Positions 49,796 through 58,549 of a DNA stretch of 64,000 bases are shown here, in pieces; the first letter of the stretch is position 1, and each line of letters begins with the position of its first letter. The notes below the pieces were generated by a model that saw nothing but the letters and a program-made list of their open reading frames with translations, ran no database searches and was not told where the DNA came from. Made by a program: the position numbers and the translations under genes. Source of the stretch: an uncultured virus (IMG/VR IMGVR_UViG_2554235223_000001) (Duplodnaviria; Heunggongvirae; Uroviricota; Caudoviricetes); IMG/VR virus record IMGVR_UViG_2554235223_000001. The stretch is one strand, 5' to 3'.

Positions 49796-50589
49796 GCTTC
49801 ACTCTCCCAGCCGGCCTCTTTCAGGAATTTGCGATAGTTGTCCAGGATGGCGCGCGCATTAGCTGGCAGCTCAATGTCAGCCTGATCAGCGATTATCTGG
49901 AGAAACTGGCGCGCCTTTGCTGCGCTAAACTGCGGCAGCGCCGCGCTGCGGGTTAATTTCGATTTACCTGACGCTCTGGCCTTATCCATCTGGCGAATGG
50001 CTACAGAGGCCGCCTGGGGGCCGTGCTCGCGGGATAGTGCAACCGCGGTTGTTGGGGATACCTCGCCGGCACGCACCATGCTGATCAGCTCTTCTCCACA
50101 GGTCAGCAAATGCAGGTGATAGTCGACGTCGGACAGAGAACGCTTAACTTTCTTCGCGATCTCGTCCGGTTCCCACCCCTGATTTCTCAAACGCTGATAT
50201 GCAGCTGCGCGTTCCAGAGCAGTGAGAGGCTTGCCCTGGTTCCGGGTAACCATGAAGGCGATACGATCAGCTTCGTTCCCGACGAAGTCTTTGCACTCAA
50301 GCCGGATGATGTCAGCGCCTGCTTTCGTCGCTTCAATGGCGCCGTAATAGCGGTGGTGGCCGTCGATAACCTTCACGCCCTTCTCGGTAACCTGGACGTC
50401 CAGCGGAGGCACCGACTCGCCGGCGATAAACGCATCGCGGAACTCAGCGACGTGATCCTGGTCGATTTCGCGGATGTTCAGTCCGGGTTCGACGTACAGC
50501 TCTTTCAGGGGAACGATAAACGTCCGGTTCACCTTAATGCCGGTTCCGTTTTTATCTTTTTGGTTGTAATGCTGGTAAAGTGAACTCAT
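49792..50589 (-). CDS. ParB/Srx-like protein
   Basis: VIDGHHRY; LTALERAAAYQRL..GWEPDEIAKKV HTH. Confidence 0.8.
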   Translation of the reverse strand: MSSLYQHYNQKDKNGTGIKVNRTFIVPLKELYVEPGLNIREIDQDHVAEFRDAFIAGESVPPLDVQVTEKGVKVIDGHHRYYGAIEATKAGADIIRLECKDFVGNEADRIAFMVTRNQGKPLTALERAAAYQRLRNQGWEPDEIAKKVKRSLSDVDYHLHLLTCGEELISMVRAGEVSPTTAVALSREHGPQAASVAIRQMDKARASGKSKLTRSAALPQFSAAKARQFLQIIADQADIELPANARAILDNYRKFLKEAGWESEA

Positions 50590-50675
50590 AATTACTCCTG
50601 TGAATTGATCCAGTTAATTCGCGTAGAAAGCCGTTAGTGTTGCTGCACTGCGGCTTTCGCCTTTTACGCACTTCA

Positions 50676-50996
50676 TCAGTCCCACCCAAGCGGACCAGGG
50701 CGGCACCGCTCCGCACGCAAACCGATATCTGCCAGCGTTTCTACTGACTGCAGGTAGTGGCGGGAAACTACCACCGCCTCCGGCGGAACAACCTGCAGAC
50801 CCAGCGCTGATATTTCCTTCGCCATTTCGGCGTAATACCCCTCGCTCTTGCGGCGACTGATTGTCGACTCGCTAACCCCTCGCATTTCCGCAAAAACCTT
50901 TTGGCCAATGGATAAAAGCCGGTTTAACAAAATGCCTTCAATCTCAATTGGGTTGAGGATTGGCGGCTCTAACTTTCGGGCTATTGCATTCTCCAT
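50676..50996 (-). CDS. cII: CII transcriptional activator
   Basis: GQKVFAEMRGVSESTISRRK HTH; follows cro. Confidence 0.8.
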   Translation of the reverse strand: MENAIARKLEPPILNPIEIEGILLNRLLSIGQKVFAEMRGVSESTISRRKSEGYYAEMAKEISALGLQVVPPEAVVVSRHYLQSVETLADIGLRAERCRPGPLGWD

Positions 50997-51035
50997 CTGT
51001 GATACTTCCTCTGGTGGTGTTTGAAAGGCCGCTGG

Positions 51036-51263
51036 TTAGGCGGCTTTAGGCTTGCTGACTTCCCGGATCTGAGCAGCGGTAAACTGGCCGCCAGAAGCGA
51101 GAGCGATCTTTTCTGCGTAGTTGGTTTCTTCGGTGTAATCCGTCCTCGGCAGGCTTCCGTTAGCAATCCATTTGTAAATTGCGCGCGGCGAGCAACCACA
51201 GGCTTCAGCTACGACAGGAACCCGAATCTTTTTGATGATTTCGCCAAGACTATTCGGTGCCAT
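51036..51263 (-). CDS. cro: Cro-like repressor
   Basis: VAEACGCSPRAIYKW HTH; divergent from cI. Confidence 0.85.
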   Translation of the reverse strand: MAPNSLGEIIKKIRVPVVAEACGCSPRAIYKWIANGSLPRTDYTEETNYAEKIALASGGQFTAAQIREVSKPKAA

Positions 51264-51279
51264 GTTTAACCCTCAATAA

Positions 51280-51351
51280 TGAACTGTAAGTACATATTAA
51301 GTCGGAACTGATAGTTCACGCAAGTGATATTATGATTGAACATATGGTTCA
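51280..51351. promoter_or_regulatory. OR: three 15-bp operators (TGAAC-N5-GTTCA type)
   Basis: TGAACTGTAAGTACA at 51280, GGAACTGATAGTTCA at 51304, TGAACATATGGTTCA at 51337. Confidence 0.75.
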
Positions 51352-52054
51352 TGAAGAAAGAGCGCGAAAAGAATTCTCTCAGAGGCTAGCGCTGGCCTGC
51401 GATAAAGCTGGATTGATACCACATGGTCGACAGGCTGAGATCGCCAAGAGGATGAAGTTGACCCCTAAGGCCGTAAGCAAATGGTTCAATGGAGAGTCGA
51501 TTCCAAGACGCGGAACGCTGAAGGCACTGGCGTCTCACATTGGTACGTCAGCGTCGTATCTGCTCGGTGATGTCGATGAGGACGGAATCGATACAGAGAC
51601 AACCCCAACCCTTAAGGATGTCTTTCGCATTGACCTATTGGATATAACGGTTAGCGCTGGACCAGGCGTTATCAATCAGGAGTTCGTGGAGATCCTCCAC
51701 TCCGTTGAGTATGCGCCAGCGGAAGCCCGGCACATGTTCGATGGGCGTAAGGCTGAGAACATCCGGATCATCAACGTCCGGGGTGACAGCATGTCTGGGA
51801 CGATTGAGCCGGGTGATCTGCTGTTCGTCGACATCAGCGTTAAGAGCTTCGACGGCGACGGGATATACGCCTTCCTGTACGACGACACTGCTCACGTCAA
51901 GCGCCTGCAGAAGATGAAGGACAAGCTACTGGTTATCTCAGATAACAAGAGCTATGCAGCCTGGGACCCGATCGAAAAAGACGAGATGAACCGGGTGTTC
52001 GTGTTCGGCAAGGTGATCGGCAGCATGCCGCAGACGTACAGGAAACATGGGTAA
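51344..52054 (+). CDS. cI: CI repressor (HTH + S24 peptidase)
   Basis: AVSKWFNGES HTH; SAGPG cleavage site; GDSM and VKRL; start 51344 or 51332. Confidence 0.93.
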   Translation: MVHEERARKEFSQRLALACDKAGLIPHGRQAEIAKRMKLTPKAVSKWFNGESIPRRGTLKALASHIGTSASYLLGDVDEDGIDTETTPTLKDVFRIDLLDITVSAGPGVINQEFVEILHSVEYAPAEARHMFDGRKAENIRIINVRGDSMSGTIEPGDLLFVDISVKSFDGDGIYAFLYDDTAHVKRLQKMKDKLLVISDNKSYAAWDPIEKDEMNRVFVFGKVIGSMPQTYRKHG

Positions 52055-52076
52055 AGCCTTAGCACGCAGAGGAAGC

Positions 52077-52196
52077 ATGTCTGATCTGATTATCCCAATA
52101 CTCATTACTTTACTGATTATCGGACTGGTTGGGATAGTGCTCAGGCTGGATAAAGTTTTCTTCAAGCGGAAGGATGAGCGGGATGACTTTGAGTGA
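52077..52196 (+). CDS. 39-aa single-TM protein (not in ORF track)
   Basis: MSDLIIPILITLLIIGLVGIVLRLDKVFFKRKDERDDFE*; GAGGA RBS. Confidence 0.65.
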   Translation: MSDLIIPILITLLIIGLVGIVLRLDKVFFKRKDERDDFE

Positions 52197-52314
52197 GCCA
52201 GACCGGTAGTTCGATGTGTTTTTGGTAATGCCGAAGACGTACAGGAAGCATGGGTAGCCAGCAAGTGGCCTGAAGAGATGTTTGGGTGATCTAGAAAGAC
52301 GAAAAATGGCGTTT

Positions 52315-52377
52315 GCCCGCCACAATTTAACAAGGAAAATCAAATGGTTAATGAGATAAAGCCAATATCGCCCCGCC
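52315..52377 (+). promoter_or_regulatory. aba-like (anti-BstA) 63-bp element
   Basis: GCCCGCCACAATTTAACAAGGAAAATCAAATGGTTAATGAGATAAAGCCAATATCGCCCCGCC; terminal CCCGCC repeats; ATG after 29 bp; resembles BTP1 aba as recalled. Confidence 0.75.
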
Positions 52378-52536
52378 AAGGAAATCTCCAATTATTTTCC
52401 TGTAAAAGAGGTTTGAGTTGAAGAAGTGGCAATAGGTGATCTGAATAATCTGGATCCATATCTTGTTATTAATGGGCTTTCACATTTGAGTAGAGTTGAT
52501 TCCGCAACAATGATTAGACTTTCCACAAATCTATGA
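52344..52536 (+). pseudogene. Decayed 5' relic of a bstA-like gene
   Basis: MVNEIKPISPRQGNLQLF, frameshift, then PVKEV*VEEVAIGDLNNLDPYLVINGL... Confidence 0.65.
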
Positions 52537-53677
52537 TGAAAGGGAGTAATGTATGACAGCTGAAATAGTAGTTATTAATAACACAGGGATCGCCCTAGCA
52601 GCTGATTCAGCTGTTACGACTGAACACAATAGGCTTATAAAAATTAATAACAGCGCTGAAAAGCTGTTTGAACTATCAAAGCATCACCCTGTTGGGATTA
52701 TGGTTTATAATAACGCTGCTCTAGGGGGAGCCCCCTGGGAACTGATTATAAAATCATATAGAAAGCAGCTTGGCACCGAAAAATTTGGTACCGTTAATGA
52801 TTATGTTCATGATTTCCTACATTACATCAATAAAAACGAGGACTTAATAACTCCCAGTATGCGCCAATCGTGCGTAATAAATTTAGTTATAGATAATATA
52901 AAAGGGTTGATGCAACACATTAACAGTAACAACATTGTTAACTATTTAACTTTAAACCCTGGAACTAACATAAATAACAATATATTTCAAAGCATAGTAA
53001 AACAACAAATTGATAATGAAATCAACGCATTGCGAAACAACCCTTTCTTTGAAGGTTTTGATGAGCGCGACTTAGGCGAAATCATCACATATATCTCAGA
53101 TGTAATAAAACCATTAATCCCGTCGGTTATAGTGCTTGATAACTTTGAGAGTTTAGAGGAAGATTTAATTGACAAAATAATATTATATTCCTCTTATTTA
53201 ATATGTAAGGTGCACACTAGTCGGACATACTCAGGTATAGTCATCACCGGTTACGGTGATAATGAATTTTACCCATCTATAAATACACTCCATGTATTCG
53301 GCATATACAAAGACAGAATTATGTTTAGATACGTTGAAGATAAAACACACAATAATATTTCGAATAACGGATATGTAATACCATTCGCCCAAGAAGATGA
53401 AGTGCTAACATTTATTGATGGTTGCAACCCTAACATTAATGTTTTCACCAACACACTCAGCGAAGAAATATTCGACAGACTCAATAATTTTATTGAAAGT
53501 AATATATACCCGAGTTTAAACAATCAACTACTAGAAGGTCAATTTAAAACCGAAGTTTCTCAACTCAAAAATTTAATTATGAGTGATTACGATAATAAGT
53601 TGAACAGTTACATTGAAAACAATCATACCAAGAAGATGACATCGATGCTTCAGTCTCTTGGCAAGGCAGACTTAGCA

Positions 53678-55006
53678 CTGATGAATCCCCTAATGATTTT
53701 GGTAAAAATCATTAAGTTAAGGTAGATACACATCTTGTCATATGATCAAATGGTTTCGCGAAAAATCAATAATCAGACAACAAGATGTGCGAACTCGATA
53801 TTTTACACGACTCTCTTTACCAATTCTGCCCCGAATTACACTTAAAACGACTCAACAGCTTAACGTTGGCTTGCCACGCATTACTTGACTGTAAAACTCT
53901 CACTCTTACCGAACTTGGCCGTAACCTGCCAACCAAAGCGAGAACAAAACATAACATCAAACGAATCGACCGATTGTTAGGTAATCGTCACCTCCACAAA
54001 GAGCGACTCGCTGTATACCGTTGGCATGCTAGCTTTATCTGTTCGGGCAATACGATGCCCATTGTACTTGTTGACTGGTCTGATATTCGTGAGCAAAAAC
54101 GACTTATGGTATTGCGAGCTTCAGTCGCACTACACGGTCGTTCTGTTACTCTTTATGAGAAAGCGTTCCCGCTTTCAGAGCAATGTTCAAAGAAAGCTCA
54201 TGACCAATTTCTAGCCGACCTTGCGAGCATTCTACCGAGTAACACCACACCGCTCATTGTCAGTGATGCTGGCTTTAAAGTGCCATGGTATAAATCCGTT
54301 GAGAAGCTGGGTTGGTACTGGTTAAGTCGAGTAAGAGGAAAAGTACAATATGCAGACCTAGGAGCGGAAAACTGGAAACCTATCAGCAACTTACATGATA
54401 TGTCATCTAGTCACTCAAAGACTTTAGGCTATAAGAGGCTGACTAAAAGCAATCCAATCTCATGCCAAATTCTATTGTATAAATCTCGCTCTAAAGGCCG
54501 AAAAAATCAGCGCTCGACACGGACTCATTGTCACCACCCGTCACCTAAAATCTACTCAGCGTCGGCAAAGGAGCCATGGGTTCTAGCAACTAACTTACCT
54601 GTTGAAATTCGAACACCCAAACAACTTGTTAATATCTATTCGAAGCGAATGCAGATTGAAGAAACCTTCCGAGACTTGAAAAGTCCTGCCTACGGACTAG
54701 GCCTACGCCATAGCCGAACGAGCAGCTCAGAGCGTTTTGATATCATGCTGCTAATCGCCCTGATGCTTCAACTAACATGTTGGCTTGCGGGCGTTCATGC
54801 TCAGAAACAAGGTTGGGACAAGCACTTCCAGGCTAACACAGTCAGAAATCGAAACGTACTCTCAACAGTTCGCTTAGGCATGGAAGTTTTGCGGCATTCT
54901 GGCTACACAATAACAAGGGAAGACTTACTCGTGGCTGCAACCCTACTAGCTCAAAATTTATTCACACATGGTTACGCTTTGGGGAAATTATGAGGGGATC
55001 TCTCAG
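53678..55006 (+). mobile_element. IS10, 1329 bp, 9-bp TSD GACTTAGCA
   Basis: Ends CTGATGAATCCCC / GGGGATCTCTCAG; TSD at 53669-53677 and 55007-55015. Confidence 0.97.
53785..54993 (+). CDS. IS10 transposase
   Basis: Protein identical to 10820-12028. Confidence 0.97.
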   Translation: MCELDILHDSLYQFCPELHLKRLNSLTLACHALLDCKTLTLTELGRNLPTKARTKHNIKRIDRLLGNRHLHKERLAVYRWHASFICSGNTMPIVLVDWSDIREQKRLMVLRASVALHGRSVTLYEKAFPLSEQCSKKAHDQFLADLASILPSNTTPLIVSDAGFKVPWYKSVEKLGWYWLSRVRGKVQYADLGAENWKPISNLHDMSSSHSKTLGYKRLTKSNPISCQILLYKSRSKGRKNQRSTRTHCHHPSPKIYSASAKEPWVLATNLPVEIRTPKQLVNIYSKRMQIEETFRDLKSPAYGLGLRHSRTSSSERFDIMLLIALMLQLTCWLAGVHAQKQGWDKHFQANTVRNRNVLSTVRLGMEVLRHSGYTITREDLLVAATLLAQNLFTHGYALGKL

Positions 55007-55220
55007 GACTTAGCATATATGGCGGAATCTTTGGTTAACCTAACGGCTTTCAAACGAAAAGTATCTCATGAATATGAGACTGTTGGCGGTCCAGTCGATG
55101 TTGCTGTATTATCAAAAGTAGATGGCTTTGTTTGGGTTAAAAGAAAGCACTATTTCCCGAAAGAGTTAAATTCTAACTTTTTCAAACGCTAACAACAGTT
55201 ACCAACTTTAGGAGAATCAA

Positions 55221-55328
55221 ATGTCCGTTAAACAAGCTCTTGATAGCGCTTATAAAATAATTATAAACCAGAAGTTTAGCTCTCAACCCCCTCAGAAAAC
55301 GAACGCTAAAAATTACAACGAGCAGTAA
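55221..55328 (+). CDS. 35-aa peptide (not in ORF track)
   Basis: MSVKQALDSAYKIIINQKFSSQPPQKTNAKNYNEQ*; AGGAG RBS. Confidence 0.6.
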   Translation: MSVKQALDSAYKIIINQKFSSQPPQKTNAKNYNEQ

Positions 55329-55329
55329 C

Positions 55330-55358
55330 AAAACCCGGCCTCGTGCCGGGTTTTTATT
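55330..55358 (+). terminator. Intrinsic terminator closing the cI-accessory operon
   Basis: AAAACCCGGC-CTCGT-GCCGGGTTTTTATT. Confidence 0.85.
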
Positions 55359-55442
55359 GCCCTACTCTTCCCTCAGCATCAGCACATCCAGTGCCAGCTC
55401 TACTGCCAAACAACCATCACCAAAAACAAAACGTAAAATAAA

Positions 55443-55534
55443 TATACTTTAAGTTCATTGACTTACATTGGAATGAACTATTTCCAAATTAAAAATGTAC
55501 TTTTGGTACTTTACATTGATGAACCATTAGTACA
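55443..55534. promoter_or_regulatory. OL operators and probable PL
   Basis: TATACTTTAAGTTCA at 55443, TGTACTTTTGGTACT at 55496, TGAACCATTAGTACA at 55520; TTTACA possible -35. Confidence 0.7.
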
Positions 55535-55617
55535 TTATCATCTCATCCAAACAACACCGGCAACGCCGGGGTGAAGTCAAAACGTCCCGTTAGCCGCGAT
55601 AAGGCAAAGGTGAAGAG

Positions 55618-55725
55618 ATGATCCGCGAAGAAGACAAGCCTGCATGGCGTAATTTTTGGTTAAAGGTCGTTCCGTTTTTGGTTGCTGTTCTCGCAGTTAG
55701 CTATCCGTGCTGGGGTGGCAAATGA
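55618..55725 (+). CDS. 35-aa hydrophobic early protein
   Basis: MIREEDKPAWRNFWLKVVPFLVAVLAVSYPCWGGK*. Confidence 0.5.
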   Translation: MIREEDKPAWRNFWLKVVPFLVAVLAVSYPCWGGK

Positions 55726-55832
55726 GCAAACAAGGCATTCGTTAACTGATTTACTGCCTGCTGATCTGCGGCGTTATCTGGGCGGCAGTGGTTATCAAAA
55801 TTCTGCACGTTACGGGGGTGTTCAATGGCTAA
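55722..55832 (+). pseudogene. Small TM protein with in-frame TAA at codon 8
   Basis: MSKQGIR*LIYCLLICGVIWAAVVIKILHVTGVFNG*; overlaps both neighbours. Confidence 0.5.
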
Positions 55833-56019
55833 CTCAATTCCTAACAACGGACGCGCCGTGATGATGCGCAATCGCCGCACCGGCGCCGCCTGGCTGGTCA
55901 GCTTCGACTATCGCGACGGCAGTTACTGGCATGAGCCGCAGGGAAATCTGCGCCACATCCGCCGGCCATACGCTTCGCGCAGTATCGAACCGAACCTGGT
56001 TCCAGCCGGGACGCATTAA
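55825..56019 (+). CDS. Hypothetical early protein
   Basis: 64-aa ORF in the PL operon. Confidence 0.6.
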   Translation: MANSIPNNGRAVMMRNRRTGAAWLVSFDYRDGSYWHEPQGNLRHIRRPYASRSIEPNLVPAGTH

Positions 56020-56107
56020 CCGCGCATATCAGCGCACGAATTTAACTGAGCTATCAGGCAGCCAATACGGTGCCGGGATTATTACAACCAAATTTCAGGA
56101 GCGAGCT

Positions 56108-56392
56108 ATGAACGCATACCGCGCATACGACGCTATCGAAGAACGGAAATGGGCTGAACAGTCGCTCACCGAAGAGAAGCAAAAGTGGATTGAAGATCGG
56201 GCGCAGGAAATTATCGACGCCCTGCCGAAAGAGCCGTCAGGCCTTTTCCGTTTCTCTGTGCCGATGGAGAAAAGCCCATACGAAGGCCTCCGCAGCGATG
56301 CAGCTGGCGAGGCATATAACGATCTCATCTCGGCAGTAGCTTACGCCCAGGCGGAATACGACTGGGATCACCGCACCGGCTGCCCGTTTTAA
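56108..56392 (+). CDS. Hypothetical protein upstream of bet (Gam position)
   Basis: Start MNAYRAYD after AGGAG. Confidence 0.6.
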   Translation: MNAYRAYDAIEERKWAEQSLTEEKQKWIEDRAQEIIDALPKEPSGLFRFSVPMEKSPYEGLRSDAAGEAYNDLISAVAYAQAEYDWDHRTGCPF

Positions 56393-56408
56393 CTTTGAGG
56401 GGAATTCT

Positions 56409-57155
56409 ATGAGCACAGCACTTTCTACAATGGCCGGGAAGCTTGCCTCCCGCCTCGGCATGGATGCCGGAACTGACCTGATGAACACTCTGAAAAATAC
56501 AGCATTTAAGGGTGGGAATGTCACTGATGAGCAGTTCACGGCACTGCTGATCGTCGCCAACCAGTACGGACTAAATCCGTGGACGAAGGAGATTTATGCA
56601 TTCCCGGATAAAGGCGGAATTGTTCCAGTGGTCGGCGTTGACGGCTGGGCTCGAATCATCAACGAACATCCTCAGTTTGATGGAATGGAGTTTGCCTACG
56701 ACAAGGAAGAAGGCGCGTGTACCTGCAAGATATACCGGAAAGACCGGACACACCCGACCATCGTTACTGAGTACATGGGAGAGTGCAAACGCAACACTCA
56801 GCCATGGCAGTCCCACCCTACCCGTATGCTTCGTCACAAGACGCTGATCCAGTGTGCGCGTCTCGCATTTGGGTTTGCTGGCATCTTCGATCAGGACGAA
56901 GCCGAGCGTGTCATTGAAGGGAGTACGGCAGAGGTTCATGTAGGGCATGAGTCGGATGGTCGTCGCCCGGAACTGATCGCAAAAGGCGAGTCTGCCGCAC
57001 GCCTTGGAACTGTTAAGTACCAGGAATTCTGGGTTGCGTTAAGCGCAGAAGAGAAACAGGTTATCGGCGCGGTTGAGAAGCGTCGCATGTATGACATGAG
57101 CCTTGCAGTCGACAACGCAGAACCTGTCGATGCCGCAGCGCCGGAGGATAAATGA
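56409..57155 (+). CDS. bet: Recombinase Bet
   Basis: ANQYGLNPWTKEIYAFPDKGGIVPVVGVDGW..PTRMLRHK. Confidence 0.93.
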   Translation: MSTALSTMAGKLASRLGMDAGTDLMNTLKNTAFKGGNVTDEQFTALLIVANQYGLNPWTKEIYAFPDKGGIVPVVGVDGWARIINEHPQFDGMEFAYDKEEGACTCKIYRKDRTHPTIVTEYMGECKRNTQPWQSHPTRMLRHKTLIQCARLAFGFAGIFDQDEAERVIEGSTAEVHVGHESDGRRPELIAKGESAARLGTVKYQEFWVALSAEEKQVIGAVEKRRMYDMSLAVDNAEPVDAAAPEDK

Positions 57156-57775
57156 TGGAACAACGCACCCCAGAATGGTTTGCCGCTCGCTGCGGAAAAG
57201 TCACAGCCAGCCGCCTTGCTGACGTCATGGCCAGAACCAAGTCTGGCTATGCAGCAAGCCGACAGAACTACATGGCCGAGCTGATTTGCCAGCGCCTCAC
57301 CGGGAAGCTTGAAGAAGGTTTCTCCAACGCCGCAATGATACGCGGAACAGAACTCGAGCCGGTAGCACGCGAGATGTATGCGCTGAATGAGTTCGATGCC
57401 GAAATCACTGAGGTGGGGCTTATCGATCACCCAACTATACCAGGATTCGCAGCAAGTCCTGATGGGCTTGTTAATGGTGATGGGCTTATCGAAATTAAGT
57501 GCCCCAACACCTGGACTCATCTTGAGACCTTAAAAACTGGCGAGCCAAAACGCCAGTACCTGTTGCAGATGCACGCTCAGATGATGTGCACAGGGCGCAA
57601 ATGGTGTGATTTCGTTAGTTTCGACGATCGTCTACCGCCAGACCTCGCCTATTTCAAAAAGCGCATTCACTTCGACGAAGCACTGGCAAATGAGATTCAG
57701 TCCGAAGTGAAAAAGTTCTTGGAAGAGCTGGAGAAAGAGATTTCCAGCATAAAAAACCACGACCATGCCGCATGA
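57152..57775 (+). CDS. exo: Lambda-exonuclease/YqaJ-family nuclease
   Basis: QRTPEWFAARCG.VTAS; ASPDGL; IEIKCP. Confidence 0.9.
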   Translation: MMEQRTPEWFAARCGKVTASRLADVMARTKSGYAASRQNYMAELICQRLTGKLEEGFSNAAMIRGTELEPVAREMYALNEFDAEITEVGLIDHPTIPGFAASPDGLVNGDGLIEIKCPNTWTHLETLKTGEPKRQYLLQMHAQMMCTGRKWCDFVSFDDRLPPDLAYFKKRIHFDEALANEIQSEVKKFLEELEKEISSIKNHDHAA

Positions 57776-57803
57776 GAAAGGCAGACACGAAACGAGGTGC
57801 GCA

Positions 57804-58331
57804 ATGACTGATTTCGGCGGATCGAAAACTCCAAAAAATGAACGTGACTACTGGCAAACGCCGATTGAAATTTTCAACGCGCTCGACCGCGAGTTTGGCT
57901 TCTGGCTGGATGCTGCAGCCTCTGAGAGTAACGCGCTATGCGCTCACTATCTCACTGAGCTGGATGACTCGCTGAACAGCGAATGGACGTCATGCGGCGC
58001 GATATGGTGTAACCCGCCCTATTCCGATATCGGCCCGTGGGTAGAAAAGGCTGCTATGCAATCCCGGGCGCAGTCTCAGGCCGTAGTGATGTTGCTACCG
58101 GCTGACATTTCTACCGGCTGGTTTATTTCAGCCATGCAATCAGCTGATGAACTCAGGCTGATAACGGGTGGCCGTGTTCAGTTTGTTCCTGCATCCGTTA
58201 CAGGAAAGCGCCAGAGCAACCCAAAAGGCTCGCTCCTGTTTATCTGGCGCCCGTACATCACCCCGCGACACATCATCACGACCGTATCGCTGGCTGAGTT
58301 AAAGCGGATCGGAAATCTGGAGGCAGCATGA
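57804..58331 (+). CDS. Phage N6-adenine DNA methyltransferase
   Basis: WQTP..LDAAA..WCNPPYS. Confidence 0.88.
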   Translation: MTDFGGSKTPKNERDYWQTPIEIFNALDREFGFWLDAAASESNALCAHYLTELDDSLNSEWTSCGAIWCNPPYSDIGPWVEKAAMQSRAQSQAVVMLLPADISTGWFISAMQSADELRLITGGRVQFVPASVTGKRQSNPKGSLLFIWRPYITPRHIITTVSLAELKRIGNLEAA

Positions 58332-58549
58332 CGCCAGAAGAAAAAGAAAACGCCCTCCGCGCCCAGGCTCGTCGCTGCGCAGAAGAGATAACCAAAGCGA
58401 TGAGCGCAAAGCCTAAACCGAAATGGAACGCTGTATGCCCCCCCATCCTTCGCAAGCACTACGAGAAGGTAAAGCCGATGGGTGTCAGCCTTGTGAAATT
58501 TGTCAGTGTTATTGGCCGCATGAATGGGCGGTATGGAGTGGAATCGTGA
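58328..58549 (+). CDS. Hypothetical phage protein
   Basis: ATGA-coupled ORF. Confidence 0.6.
   Translation: MTPEEKENALRAQARRCAEEITKAMSAKPKPKWNAVCPPILRKHYEKVKPMGVSLVKFVSVIGRMNGRYGVES

Larger units (their letters stand above)
52553..55192 (+). pseudogene. Proteasome-beta/HslV-like Ntn hydrolase (~433 aa reconstructed), split by IS10
   Basis: (M)TAEIVVINNTGIALAADSAVT..EKLF and C-terminal TVGGPVDVAVLSK; 375 codons join YMAESLV... in frame after IS removal. Confidence 0.8.

Noticed and set aside
10807..55006. Tn10 composite transposon
   Set aside because: No tet genes; each IS10 has its own distinct TSD, so these are independent insertions
53678..55192. ORFs 52553-53725 and 54968-55192 as two genes
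   Set aside because: Their junction ends are IS10-derived and they fuse in frame once the IS is removed
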